A stretch of DNA of 64,000 nucleotides from Anaerolineae bacterium (lineage in GTDB: Bacteria; Chloroflexota; Anaerolineae; UBA1429): NCBI GenBank assembly GCA_963675785.1, contig OY776562.1, forward strand, positions 1,280,001 to 1,344,000, in the 5' to 3' direction. The position numbers and the translations under genes are program-made. The notes below the pieces were generated by a model. It did not search any database and was not told where the DNA came from. It saw only the letters and a list, made by a program, of their open reading frames with translations. Shown here one piece after another: positions 1 through 10,217 of this stretch. Each line of letters begins with the position of its first letter. Positions within the stretch are counted from its first letter, which is position 1.

Positions 1-564
1 GAGCTTCCTGCCGATGCCGTTGTATACGGCAATGGCACCGACCCCCTTCTTCTGGAAAAGGCTGGCATTCTGGATGCGGATGTAGTGGCCGCGGTTACCG
101 GTGAGGACGAAACCAACCTGGTGGTGACCAACCTGGCGCGTATCGAGTTCGGCGTACAGCGCACCATCGCCCGTGTAAACAACCCCAAGAACGCATGGCT
201 TTTCAGCAAGCAAATGGGCGTGGATGTGGCTTTGAACGAGGCTGATCTGATAGCCCACCTCATTCGTGAGGAGATGTCTTTGGGGGATATGACTACCCTG
301 CTCAAGTTGAGACAGGGTGCCTATTCGTTGGCCGAAGAAAAGGTGCACCCAACTTCTATTGCAGTAGGCAAAGCCATACGCGATCTCAAATTACCTCAAG
401 AATGCGTGCTCACAGCCATCATTCGCCGTAACGAATTGATCCTTCCTCACGGCGACACCATTTTGGAAGCCAGCGATGAGGTGCTGGCGGTTGTGCACGA
501 AACCTCACTCATCGAACTCGACGATCTGTTGGGGCCAGCGGAATCTGAAGAATCCGCTTCCTGA
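1..564 (+). CDS. trkA: TrkA/KtrA potassium uptake regulatory subunit (5'-truncated by window edge)
   Basis: Frame open from base 1 (ELPADAVVYGNGTDPLLLEKAGILDADVVAAVTGEDETNL..RTIARVNNP), RCK-N followed by RCK-C (VGKAIRDLKLP..AIIRRNELILPHGDTILEASDEV). Confidence 0.9.
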   Translation, partial: ELPADAVVYGNGTDPLLLEKAGILDADVVAAVTGEDETNLVVTNLARIEFGVQRTIARVNNPKNAWLFSKQMGVDVALNEADLIAHLIREEMSLGDMTTLLKLRQGAYSLAEEKVHPTSIAVGKAIRDLKLPQECVLTAIIRRNELILPHGDTILEASDEVLAVVHETSLIELDDLLGPAESEESAS

Positions 565-570
565 ACAAAC

Positions 571-600
571 AGAGGGCGGCCAATGGCCGCCCTCTTCTCT
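571..600. terminator. Intrinsic terminator hairpin between convergent genes
   Basis: AGAGGGCGGCCA-A-TGGCCGCCCTCT followed by pyrimidine tract. Confidence 0.7.
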
Positions 601-619
601 TGTATGACACGCGTGTTAC

Positions 620-1567
620 TTACCCCAGCTTGCCTCGCATGGGGTCATCCGCAGGTCCATAAATGCAGGCTCTTTCGCGCAGCCAACCCAGGCCAGCCGC
701 GTCAACATCGCGGGCAAAGGCGTCCAGGGTAGCGCCCTCAACGCGCTGAAAAGGCGGCACACAGAACCCCGCATCATAGCCTTGTAGGTTCAATGCGGCC
801 TTGGTGCCTGGCATCACGCCGTACTTGCGCAACACTTCAATGATATTGCTGGCCGTACGCTGCAACTTGCGCGCCAAGGCAAGATCGCCGGCGTCAAAGG
901 CGCCCTTGATATCGATATAGCAACGCGGCTGAAAATTATAGGTCGTGCCGATGCAGCCATCCACGCCCAAGGCGTAGGTAGCCAGAAAAAGCGGATCCGG
1001 TCCGGACATGACATTGACCTTCTCGGGGTCACGCAGGGCTAACACGCGCTCCAACACCGTCAAATCCTGCGAGGTGTACTTGAACCCAGCCACCCCATCC
1101 ATGGCGCACAATTCCAATATCTCGTGCTCGGTCATGTTTGTGCCCGTAGCAGAAGGAATATGATAGGCATACATGGGCACGCTGCTGGCCGCTATGATCG
1201 CCGCATAATGGGCTTTGATCTGTTTAAAGCCATGCTGGTAATAGAACGGGGGCACCGCACTGACAGCCGTGGCTCCTGCCTTGCTGGCATGAGCCGCCAA
1301 CTCGACCGCCGTAGCCGTATCAGCCGTACCAACATGGATCATCACCGGAATGCGCCCGGCTGCGGCCTTGATAGAGGCCTCGGCAATGGCCTTACGCTGA
1401 CAAACACTCAGCAGCACACCCTCACCGGTGCTTCCACCCACATAAATGCCACCCACACCCGCGGCGACGAAATCCTCGATCAGCGCCTCGACACAGGCTA
1501 CATTGATGCTACCATCCTCTTTCAAGGGGGTAACCAACGCGGGCCAAACACCCGAAAAATGCTCCAT
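620..1567 (-). CDS. DHDPS/N-acetylneuraminate lyase family class I aldolase (NanA-like)
   Basis: PALVTP, YVGGSTGE, PPFYY, Schiff-base Lys in GFKYTS; start chosen at MEHF with AAGGAG RBS. Confidence 0.85.
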   Translation of the reverse strand: MEHFSGVWPALVTPLKEDGSINVACVEALIEDFVAAGVGGIYVGGSTGEGVLLSVCQRKAIAEASIKAAAGRIPVMIHVGTADTATAVELAAHASKAGATAVSAVPPFYYQHGFKQIKAHYAAIIAASSVPMYAYHIPSATGTNMTEHEILELCAMDGVAGFKYTSQDLTVLERVLALRDPEKVNVMSGPDPLFLATYALGVDGCIGTTYNFQPRCYIDIKGAFDAGDLALARKLQRTASNIIEVLRKYGVMPGTKAALNLQGYDAGFCVPPFQRVEGATLDAFARDVDAAGLGWLRERACIYGPADDPMRGKLG

Positions 1568-1761
1568 GCTACGCTCCTTTACATGCCAATCGCATGGCCG
1601 CCATGCTAGCACGAGCGATGAAATGAAGCAAGCACGTGAATGAGTTCTGCGAGTCTAGAAACAATGAGGAAATAATGGTCTTCCTTTTGTTTCTAGACTA
1701 GAGTATTTATCCGATGTATAATATACTCGTAATGAATTATAAAAATACTGGAGGGCTAGAC

Positions 1762-2667
1762 ATGACCAGCCACATATCCAAGATTGCTGCCTTGGCTTTG
1801 ATGCTTGTTGTACTTGCAAGTTGTATCTTGGGTTGTACGCCTTCCAGAGCTGCAACATCTACCCCTTCTATCGTCAGCAGCGCGACATCTATTCCTACTA
1901 TTGCCAGCAGCGCAACACCAGAAGAAACAGATTTTCCAACAATCGACAAGGTTTTTACCTCAGAAAACACCAACCTCGAACAAATCGGCAGTGATGCGGC
2001 CACCTACTATTACAGACAGTTCATGGCCGATGACATCCCGCAGTACTGGCACATCACCAAATACGAGGTACTCACCTCCGAACTGATGGCGGGCGATGAA
2101 AACGAGTTCGTTGTCTGGATCGAATCCTACATCGAGACCGACGGCGCTGGCTTTCTCATCGGCGAAGGGGCTCCCAATGACTCCGAGGATTTGAGCAAGG
2201 GCGGCATCTGCCCAGAGGTCGGACGAGAATTCCGCATCAAGGCACTGGGCGATAGCCAATACGAAATCGTCAGTATTGGTACAGGCGGCGGTACGCAGGA
2301 TCTTGATCCAGTAGAGACTACAGAGATCGAATATGAACTTGTTCAACTCTGCAAAGGGCAACCTGTAACCGACACATTGTTTGTGACCGGCGAAAACATC
2401 CAAATTGTTCAAGATACCATCTTTAGTTACATGATCAAATCAGCCGCCTGGCCCGGCATAGATATCGACACGCTCGATGAATGCTATCTAGTTCGCGCGA
2501 CCTATTCGGATGACACGGCGACCGATTACTATGCCTATTTGATAGATGGCCAAGCCGTCATGCAGCGAGGGATCGATGGCTATTACAGCCGCATCGATGA
2601 TAACCTGTATCAGGAACTGGTTGAGCTCGTTCAGGGCAGTACGACTTTTATAGACGAAGCACGTTAA
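1762..2667 (+). CDS. Putative lipoprotein of unknown function
   Basis: Hydrophobic signal with lipobox-like LASC/ILGC, Ser/Thr/Pro linker, acidic body; GGAGGG RBS. Confidence 0.65.
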   Translation: MTSHISKIAALALMLVVLASCILGCTPSRAATSTPSIVSSATSIPTIASSATPEETDFPTIDKVFTSENTNLEQIGSDAATYYYRQFMADDIPQYWHITKYEVLTSELMAGDENEFVVWIESYIETDGAGFLIGEGAPNDSEDLSKGGICPEVGREFRIKALGDSQYEIVSIGTGGGTQDLDPVETTEIEYELVQLCKGQPVTDTLFVTGENIQIVQDTIFSYMIKSAAWPGIDIDTLDECYLVRATYSDDTATDYYAYLIDGQAVMQRGIDGYYSRIDDNLYQELVELVQGSTTFIDEAR

Positions 2668-2689
2668 ATCAAGAGGGAAAAGACATTTT

Positions 2690-3220
2690 ATGTGCGATTT
2701 GGTACTCGTCGAGGCATCAAAAGAATACGAAAAGCAGGCGATGGCTTACCGGCAAGAATATATCGACTATGGGGAAACGCATATCAACGGCAGCAGTGGG
2801 TTCATGAAATACCAAAATTATGATGAATGGTTACAGAGAATCGAGTTTCAACGAAACAGGGAAGCTTCATCAGTGAATACACCTTCAACAACCTATTTCA
2901 CAATACGTAAGCAAGATGACAAGATTATCGGTTCTATCCAATTACGCCACCATTTGACCGATGAATTGAAAAAGGACGGTGGAAATATCGGTTACGGAAT
3001 ATGCCCATCAGAAAGACACAAGGGTTATGGCACAAAGCAGCTCGCATTGGTATTATGCAAAGCTAGGGCATTTGGTCTTTCACGAGTAATGATCACGTGT
3101 GATAAAAGCAATCGAGGATCAGCCCGAGTCGCCATGAGTAACGGTGGCGTTCTATCTGGCGAAGGATTTGATGACGACACCCAGTCGATAACAGAAATAT
3201 ACTGGATTGACCTTACGTAA
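2690..3220 (+). CDS. GNAT family N-acetyltransferase
   Basis: IGSIQLRHHL..GGNIGYGICPSERHKGYGT..TCDKSNRGSARV acetyl-CoA motifs. Confidence 0.9.
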   Translation: MCDLVLVEASKEYEKQAMAYRQEYIDYGETHINGSSGFMKYQNYDEWLQRIEFQRNREASSVNTPSTTYFTIRKQDDKIIGSIQLRHHLTDELKKDGGNIGYGICPSERHKGYGTKQLALVLCKARAFGLSRVMITCDKSNRGSARVAMSNGGVLSGEGFDDDTQSITEIYWIDLT

Positions 3221-3245
3221 GCGTATGAAAAAGAGCACGCTTTCT

Positions 3246-3503
3246 CTATTTTAGCCCCTTGTGAAAAGCCTTGAGGTCCGCGCGCACCTCTGGCGGCAGG
3301 TCATGCCAGCGTACCCCACGGATAGCTCCCTCCAGGCCGCAGAGCATACTCAAGCAGGCACCAGGATCACTGGTGGCTCGTACTCGCAGTAACGCCTCTT
3401 TGCTGCCTAGCTCGATCAGTTTTTCTGGCGTATCAATGCCCGCCTCGATCAGCTTTTCCTCCGCCACAGCACCAATATTGACCATATCGTGTAATGCGCC
3501 CAT
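3246..3503 (-). CDS. TfoX/Sxy C-terminal domain protein
   Basis: L..MVNIG..EEKLIEAGIDT.EKL.ELGSKEA..LEGAIRGVRWHDLP pattern typical of TfoX_C. Confidence 0.85.
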   Translation of the reverse strand: MGALHDMVNIGAVAEEKLIEAGIDTPEKLIELGSKEALLRVRATSDPGACLSMLCGLEGAIRGVRWHDLPPEVRADLKAFHKGLK

Positions 3504-3576
3504 AGCTCGTGCTCCCTCTGCTTGTAACTGTGGCCTCCATCATAGCAAAGGCAGAGAAACTCGCAAGGTTTGGGTA

Positions 3577-3610
3577 TAGTCTGGCAGATTACTCGTGATC
3601 TGCCAGACTA
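3577..3610. repeat. Perfect 13-bp-arm inverted repeat in divergent intergenic region
   Basis: TAGTCTGGCAGAT-N8-ATCTGCCAGACTA. Confidence 0.75.
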
Positions 3611-3708
3611 CCACTTTTCACCCATCGTACACTGTGCTACACTCCCCGCGATATGATTCATGATCCAGTCTCATATGCCATGCTACGGCACGGTGAGGGG
3701 GTGTATAC

Positions 3709-5439
3709 ATGTTGCACGAGGCAATCAACAACTATCGCAATCTACCCAACATTTGGGGCGAAGGAGCCCTCTTTGCCTTCTCTGGCATAGACGGTGAAAC
3801 CTGCGTCAAATCGGGTTTCGTGGCCACCTACGGGGCCAAACCCTACAATCTGCTGATTCACACGCCACGCCGCCGCGAATTGACCATCGAACTGCCCGAT
3901 GGTGGCAACACACGCGTAGCCCTGGGTGATGTGTTTGGCGTTGCCACACCTACTGGCGATCTCATCGTCACTTATTCGGCCTGGCATACTCTCGTCGGCA
4001 TTGTGCCCGATAACACGCGATTGGCTTTGGGATTTGAGGATGAGGCCGCTTACGAGGGCGTCGATGTCCTCAGTCAAGATGAAGAGCATCACGACGCGTT
4101 GCTGCTTTTGGTCAATGGCAGCCGCTTTGCTCTCTCTTATGGTACCACAGCCGATGAAGCCCGTGCTCGCGCTACTGAAGGCATAAAAGTCGACATCCGC
4201 CGCACTGTCGATGAGCGCCTTGCCTATCTGAGCCAGGTTCCCTCTCTGGAAAACGCCACACTGGACCGCCTTTTGAAAAAGTGCGCCAGCATTTTCAAGG
4301 TGAATACCTGCACCGCCGAGGGCGCTATCAAACGCACTTGGTCGACGCCTGACCGCGTGCCTCACCGTGATATGTGGCTGTGGGATTCGGTTTTCCACTC
4401 TTTGGCTATGAACGACATCGACCCCGAGCTCTCCTGGAGCTTTTTGGCTTCCATCCTCGATATTCAAAAAGAGGACGGCATGGTGCCCCATCAGAACAGC
4501 ATCACTGGCAAGCAATCCAACGTTACCCAACCCCCCATTCTGGCTTGGGGTATCTGGGAGAATTATCAGGCCCTGCAAGATCGCGCAAAACTGGCCTACG
4601 CACTACCCAAGCTAGAAGCCTATCTTGAATGGGACCTAGCCAATCGCGATCAGAACGATAACGGCCTACTCGAGTGGTTCATCGAGGGCAACCCATTCTG
4701 CCGCTCTGGCGAATCGGGCATGGACAACTCGCCCCGTTTTGATGCTGCCGCTACGCTGGATGCCGTCGACTTTTCAGCGTTTGCTGCTCACGATATGGCC
4801 TGCCTGGCCAACATCGCCCACGAACTGGGAGAAGAAACACAGGCCGTGGCCTGGCATGAGCGTGCTACAGATATGGCAAACCGCATTCACGAGGCCATGT
4901 GGGATCCGGACACGGGCTTTTACTATGATTTGGATATGGATGGTGCCTACACCGGCGTTCAGGCCGAGAGCGGCTTTTTGCCGCTGTTGCTGGATGGTGC
5001 AGGAAACGAACAGGTGCAAGCGCTGGTAGCTGCCCTGAACGATCCACAGCGTTTTGGCACAGCCTTCCCGGTGCCCAGCGCGGCCGTCTGCGGGCCCACC
5101 TATTCCACCGATATGTGGCGCGGTGCTAGCTGGTTGAACTTTAACTTGCTCATCATTCGCGGCCTAGAAAAGTATGGTCGACACGACACTGCTGCTACTA
5201 TCGCAGGTAAGACATTGGCTTATGTCATCAAGTATTACGAGAAATATGGCGTGATTTTCGAGTTCTATGATTCCCAGGATGCACGCACGCCGCCCGAATG
5301 TGATCGCAAGGGGCCACGCGTGGAACCCTATAACATCCGCCGCAAGATGGATTCCATTCGTGACTATCACTGGTCAGCGGCAGTAACCTACATCCTGCTG
5401 CGCGAAGGTTACCAACCCGCCAAGCTGGACGAAGACTAG
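3709..5439 (+). CDS. GH63/MGH1-like (alpha/alpha)6 glycoside hydrolase
   Basis: WLWDSVFH, TQPPILAW, ESGMDNSPRFD, MWRGASW, FEFYD motifs. Confidence 0.85.
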   Translation: MLHEAINNYRNLPNIWGEGALFAFSGIDGETCVKSGFVATYGAKPYNLLIHTPRRRELTIELPDGGNTRVALGDVFGVATPTGDLIVTYSAWHTLVGIVPDNTRLALGFEDEAAYEGVDVLSQDEEHHDALLLLVNGSRFALSYGTTADEARARATEGIKVDIRRTVDERLAYLSQVPSLENATLDRLLKKCASIFKVNTCTAEGAIKRTWSTPDRVPHRDMWLWDSVFHSLAMNDIDPELSWSFLASILDIQKEDGMVPHQNSITGKQSNVTQPPILAWGIWENYQALQDRAKLAYALPKLEAYLEWDLANRDQNDNGLLEWFIEGNPFCRSGESGMDNSPRFDAAATLDAVDFSAFAAHDMACLANIAHELGEETQAVAWHERATDMANRIHEAMWDPDTGFYYDLDMDGAYTGVQAESGFLPLLLDGAGNEQVQALVAALNDPQRFGTAFPVPSAAVCGPTYSTDMWRGASWLNFNLLIIRGLEKYGRHDTAATIAGKTLAYVIKYYEKYGVIFEFYDSQDARTPPECDRKGPRVEPYNIRRKMDSIRDYHWSAAVTYILLREGYQPAKLDED

Positions 5440-5460
5440 ATGTGCCGAGAGGAGCGAGCT

Positions 5461-7062
5461 GTGCCCACCGAGAAAAGTCAACGCCCCAACATCATCGTCA
5501 TCCTGGTCGATGACATGGGTTTTTCCGATATCGGTTGCTGCGGCAGCGAGATCAACACGCCCAACCTCGATCGCCTGGGCGATGAGGGTGTTATCTTTTC
5601 GGGCATGTACAACTGTGCCCGCTGTTGTCCTACGCGCGCTTCGTTGCTCACCGGCCTCTACCCGCATACAGCCGGTGTGGGCCACATGGTCAATAACCTG
5701 GGCATCACCGAATATCAAGGCTATCTCAGCGATCGCTGTGTCACCATTGCCGAAGCCCTCAAGCTCGGCGGCTATCGTACGCTCATGTCGGGCAAGTGGC
5801 ACGTCGGCGGCTATTACTCCACCGATGCCTCCTCTTGGCGGCCTGGCGAGGTCGGTCATCCCATGCCCATTCAGCGCGGTTTCGATGAGCACTGGGGCAC
5901 GTTGAGCGGTGCAGGCAGTTACTTTTGGCCGCATACACTCATTCATGACGACACATTCATTGATCGCCCCGACGATGGCTTTTATTTGACCGACGCTATC
6001 TCGGAACACGCTTGTGAGATGATCGACCGTGCCGTCAACGATGAGCAGCCTTTCTTCCTCTACGCCGCCTATACTGCTCCCCATTGGCCGCTGCAAGCTT
6101 GGGAGGAAGATATTGAACGCTATCGTGGGAAATATGCCCAAGGCTGGGATGCCCTACGCACTTCCCGCCATGAAGAGATGAAGGGCAAAGGCATCGTCAA
6201 CGAAAAGTGGGAGATCACCCCTCGCGATGAGACTGTGCCGCCTTGGGAAGATATCCAAGAACAAACGTGGGAATCATTGCGTATGGCTGTCTACGCTGCT
6301 CAGGTCGATCGTCTAGACCAGGGCATTGGCCAACTGCTGGACAAGCTGGAAGAGCGTGGCATTGCCGATAACACCCTGGTCATGTTTCTCTCCGATAACG
6401 GCGGTTGTGCCGAGCTACTGCGTGAGGATGGGCCTCGCGGTTCCGTGCGAGGCGAAACTTTGGATGGTCACACAGTCAAGCTGGGCAACTATGTAGAGAA
6501 CACCCCCGGCGATGCGGATAGTTTCATGTCCTACGATACCCAGTGGGCTAACGCCTCCAACACGCCCTTTCGCCTCTACAAGCACTGGGTGCACGAAGGT
6601 GGTATCAGCACACCCCTATTGGTACGCTGGCCCGAACGCATCAAGGCGGGCCACATGGTCCACTCGCCAGCCCATGTCATCGACATCATGGCCACTTGTC
6701 TAGACGCCGCCGGTGTAGCTTATCCCGACGAGTACGATAATCGCGAGATTGCCCCACTGGAAGGCGAAAGCCTCATACCCGCTTGTACCCTCGATGGTTG
6801 GAAGCGCGCGCGCCCCATCTTTTGGGAGCATGAGGGTAACTGCGCCGTGCGCATGGAAAACTGGAAGTTGGTGAAAAAGTTCCCTGGCACCTGGGAATTG
6901 TATGATATGATCGAGGACCGTACCGAACTCAATGACCTGGCTAGCGCTAACCTGCCCCAAACACAACGCATGGTCGAGGCCTATGAACGCTATGCTGAGC
7001 GAACCAACGTGCTCCCCTGGGAGCGCGTACTGGATATTTATCGAGAGATGCGCAAAGGTTAA
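5461..7062 (+). CDS. Arylsulfatase (Cys-type S1 sulfatase)
   Basis: RPNIIVILVDDMG, CCPTRASLLTG (CxPxR), GKWH, SDNG; GTG start after GAGGAG. Confidence 0.92.
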   Translation: MPTEKSQRPNIIVILVDDMGFSDIGCCGSEINTPNLDRLGDEGVIFSGMYNCARCCPTRASLLTGLYPHTAGVGHMVNNLGITEYQGYLSDRCVTIAEALKLGGYRTLMSGKWHVGGYYSTDASSWRPGEVGHPMPIQRGFDEHWGTLSGAGSYFWPHTLIHDDTFIDRPDDGFYLTDAISEHACEMIDRAVNDEQPFFLYAAYTAPHWPLQAWEEDIERYRGKYAQGWDALRTSRHEEMKGKGIVNEKWEITPRDETVPPWEDIQEQTWESLRMAVYAAQVDRLDQGIGQLLDKLEERGIADNTLVMFLSDNGGCAELLREDGPRGSVRGETLDGHTVKLGNYVENTPGDADSFMSYDTQWANASNTPFRLYKHWVHEGGISTPLLVRWPERIKAGHMVHSPAHVIDIMATCLDAAGVAYPDEYDNREIAPLEGESLIPACTLDGWKRARPIFWEHEGNCAVRMENWKLVKKFPGTWELYDMIEDRTELNDLASANLPQTQRMVEAYERYAERTNVLPWERVLDIYREMRKG

Positions 7063-7077
7063 CAGGAGAGATCAAGC

Positions 7078-10000
7078 ATGACGCTTAATTCGGAATGGCG
7101 CGACCGCGTCGATGCCTGGACCAAAGAACTGCCCCACCATTTCTATCGGCCCATCCAGATGGTAGAATGGGAGGGTTTTACCACCACAGAGCAGCTTTCG
7201 CTAACAGAGGCCGCCTCACATAGGCGCAGCCCCATGCCGGAGGGTACTGCTTGGGGTGCAAAATGGGAATACGGTTGGTTCTTTAGCACCATCGCTTTGC
7301 CCATGGCAGCAGCCAGCGAGCGCATTGAACTCAACGTTGAGGTAGGACCCGAGTCCATCATTTATGTCGATGGTGTCTCCGTGGGTGCTCGCGACCGTGA
7401 GCACAGCACCATCACTCTCAGCTTTCAGGGTATACCCGGCACGACATATGAGATAGCTGCCGAGTGTTACGCGGGCCATGGTGTACGAATTTGCAGTGTT
7501 GGCCCCGTTCCCAACGATCGCGAGACCGTGCCCGAGCCCCCCGCTGAACAGGCCATCGTCGGGCATTCCACCATCGGCATCTGGGAAGAAGAGCTCTATC
7601 AGCTGTGGATGGATGTCATGACCCTCTACAACCTGCGTGATCAACTCGATCCCGAATCTCTGCGCGTCAACGATATCGACGCCGGCCTCAAAGATTTCAC
7701 CCTAATGGTTGAGCTAGAAGAGGGCTTGGACGAACTCAAGCGCACCGCCGCCGAAGCGCGTGTGCACTTGGTCCCCCTGCTCGAAGCCGTCAACGGCAGC
7801 ACCGCGCCGCTGCTCTATGTCTTTGGCCATGCCCATATCGATGTGGCTTGGCTGTGGCACTGGGCCGAGACCGAGCGCAAAGCCGTGCGCACCTTTTCAA
7901 CGCAGCTCACCCTGGCCGAAGAGTATCCTGAGTATAAATTCTTGCAAAGCCAGCCGCACCTCTATTGGATGGTCAAGAATCACTACCCCGAGCTTTACGG
8001 CCGAGTGAAGGACGCTGTAGAGACGGGGATGTTCATGGCCGAGGGCGGCATGTGGGTCGAGGCTGATACCAACATCAGCAGCGGAGAGGCCCTGATTCGC
8101 CAATTCCTCTATGGCAAGCGCTTTTTCAAAGAGGAGCTGGATACCGAGAGCGAACTGCTCTGGTTGCCCGACGTGTTTGGTTATTCTGGTGCCATGCCAC
8201 AAATCATGCGTGGCTGTGGCGTCAAGTATTTCTCCACGCAAAAGATCTTTTGGGCTTATCATGGAGGCCAGACCTTCCCCTACAATACTTTTGTGTGGGA
8301 GGGCATTGATGGCTCTGAGGTACTGGTGCACCTGCACAATGATTACAACTCGCGCACAGCCCCGGTCGATCTAGCGGATCGCTGGCGCGAGCGCGTGCAG
8401 AAGGATGGCATTCGCGCCCGCCTGGTGCCCTTTGGCTATGGCGACGGTGGCGGAGGTGCTACCCGCGAGCATCTGGAATACCTGCGCCGCGAAGCTGACT
8501 TGGAGGGCCTGCCCCGCACTCGCATGGCCAACCCCATCGAGTATTTCAAAGAGCTGGAAGCTGAACTGGGCGGCTGGCCCGATGAGCGTTATGTGGGCGA
8601 GCTCTACTTCCAGGCCCACCGCGGCACTTATACCTCACAGGCAGCCACCAAAAAGGGCAACCGCAAGAGTGAGCTAGCCCTTCGCGAGGCCGAGATATGG
8701 GGCACAGCGGCCCAGGTTCTTGCCAATAGTACCTTCAGTCAGGATACCATCGACGAAGCCTGGCGCATTGTGCTGCTCAACCAGTTTCACGACATCCTGC
8801 CCGGCTCCTCTATTCATCAGGTGTATGTAGAAGCGGAAGCCGAATACGACCGCGCCCTAGGGCTGGCCAACGATGTGACCCAAAATGCCATGGATGCCCT
8901 CACCGAGGATGGCGAAGGCCTGGTGGTGTTTAACTCAACCTCCTGGTCGCGCAATGCCATCGTGCACCTACCCGAAGGTTGGACTGGTGCACGTGAAGTT
9001 CAGGGTAACCTGGTGCCAGTGCAGGCCACAAAAGACGGCCTATATGCTTTTTGTCAGGTCCCAGCTTGCGGCTGGAATACCCTGCTTCCCGTAAAAGAGG
9101 GTTGCCCCGCCGATAAAACCTGCATGGCCACTACCAGCACACTGGAAAACGATCTGCTCCGTCTCGAGTTCGACGAGTACGGTCAGATCATTTCCATCTA
9201 TGATAAAGAGCTAGAGAGCGACTGGGCCGCCGGCGAGTGCAACGCTTTCCGCATGTACAAGGACGTCCCCACCAAGTTCGATGCCTGGGACATTGACAGC
9301 ATGTACGTCGATACCCCTGTGGAGCTGGATGGCTTGGCCGAGTTCGAGGTCATCGAATCCGGCGGCATTCGCGCGGTGCTGCGCATCACCCGCAAACTGC
9401 ACAATTCACTGATGAGCCAGGACGTGGTTATCACGCGGGGCAGTCGTCGTGTCGATTTTCAGACGCGCATCGACTGGCAAGAGCGCCATCGCCTGCTCAA
9501 GGTGAATTTCCCCGTTAGCGTTCACAGCAACGAGGCATTGCACCAGATTCAGTTCGGTTATCTGGCGCGACCCAGTCACAAGAGCAACCCCTTTGATGGC
9601 GATCGCTTTGAGGTTTGCAACCATCATTGGACGGCCCTGGTTGAAGCCAATCGCGGTGCGGCGGTGCTCAACGATTGCAAGTATGGCGTCAACGTGTTGG
9701 ATAATTCCATCAATCTGACCCTGCTCAAGGCCGCCATCGCTCCCGATATGACCGCCGACCTGGGCGAGCAGACCTTTACCTATGCTTTCTATGCCTGGCC
9801 CGGCAGTTTCTATGAAAGTGGACTGGTAGCCGAGGGATACAAACTCAACGTACCTGTGCGCACCATGCCCGGCCAGGCCGCTGAAGGGGCCTTGTTTGAT
9901 ACCGGCGCCTGCAACATCGTGGTCGAGGCCGTCAAGTTAGCCGCCGACGGCTCGGGCGACGTCATCGTGCGCCTGTACGAAGCTCTGCGCAACGCCACCA

Positions 10001-10149
10001 GCACCACCCTCACCACCTCATTGCCGGTAGCCCGCGCCTATGACGCCGACATGCTGGAGAACGTCCAGGGCGAGTTCACCGTCGATGGCGGCACCATCGC
10101 CCTCGATTTCAAACCCTTTGAGATCAAGACGCTGCGGCTCTCTTTCTAG
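7078..10149 (+). CDS. Alpha-mannosidase, GH38
   Basis: GHAHIDVAWLW, WLPDVFGYS, HRGTYTSQ, NQFHDILPGS. Confidence 0.93.
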   Translation: MTLNSEWRDRVDAWTKELPHHFYRPIQMVEWEGFTTTEQLSLTEAASHRRSPMPEGTAWGAKWEYGWFFSTIALPMAAASERIELNVEVGPESIIYVDGVSVGARDREHSTITLSFQGIPGTTYEIAAECYAGHGVRICSVGPVPNDRETVPEPPAEQAIVGHSTIGIWEEELYQLWMDVMTLYNLRDQLDPESLRVNDIDAGLKDFTLMVELEEGLDELKRTAAEARVHLVPLLEAVNGSTAPLLYVFGHAHIDVAWLWHWAETERKAVRTFSTQLTLAEEYPEYKFLQSQPHLYWMVKNHYPELYGRVKDAVETGMFMAEGGMWVEADTNISSGEALIRQFLYGKRFFKEELDTESELLWLPDVFGYSGAMPQIMRGCGVKYFSTQKIFWAYHGGQTFPYNTFVWEGIDGSEVLVHLHNDYNSRTAPVDLADRWRERVQKDGIRARLVPFGYGDGGGGATREHLEYLRREADLEGLPRTRMANPIEYFKELEAELGGWPDERYVGELYFQAHRGTYTSQAATKKGNRKSELALREAEIWGTAAQVLANSTFSQDTIDEAWRIVLLNQFHDILPGSSIHQVYVEAEAEYDRALGLANDVTQNAMDALTEDGEGLVVFNSTSWSRNAIVHLPEGWTGAREVQGNLVPVQATKDGLYAFCQVPACGWNTLLPVKEGCPADKTCMATTSTLENDLLRLEFDEYGQIISIYDKELESDWAAGECNAFRMYKDVPTKFDAWDIDSMYVDTPVELDGLAEFEVIESGGIRAVLRITRKLHNSLMSQDVVITRGSRRVDFQTRIDWQERHRLLKVNFPVSVHSNEALHQIQFGYLARPSHKSNPFDGDRFEVCNHHWTALVEANRGAAVLNDCKYGVNVLDNSINLTLLKAAIAPDMTADLGEQTFTYAFYAWPGSFYESGLVAEGYKLNVPVRTMPGQAAEGALFDTGACNIVVEAVKLAADGSGDVIVRLYEALRNATSTTLTTSLPVARAYDADMLENVQGEFTVDGGTIALDFKPFEIKTLRLSF

Positions 10150-10170
10150 AACGCATTGCAGCACAACGAA

Positions 10171-10203
10171 CGGGGGTCTCTCGTCTGAGGGGCCCCCGCT
10201 TTG
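10171..10203 (+). terminator. GC-rich hairpin after GH38 gene (terminator or attenuator)
   Basis: CGGGGGTCTCTC-GTCT-GAGGGGCCCCCG then CTTT. Confidence 0.5.
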
Positions 10204-10217
10204 GAAAGGAGTCCCCC

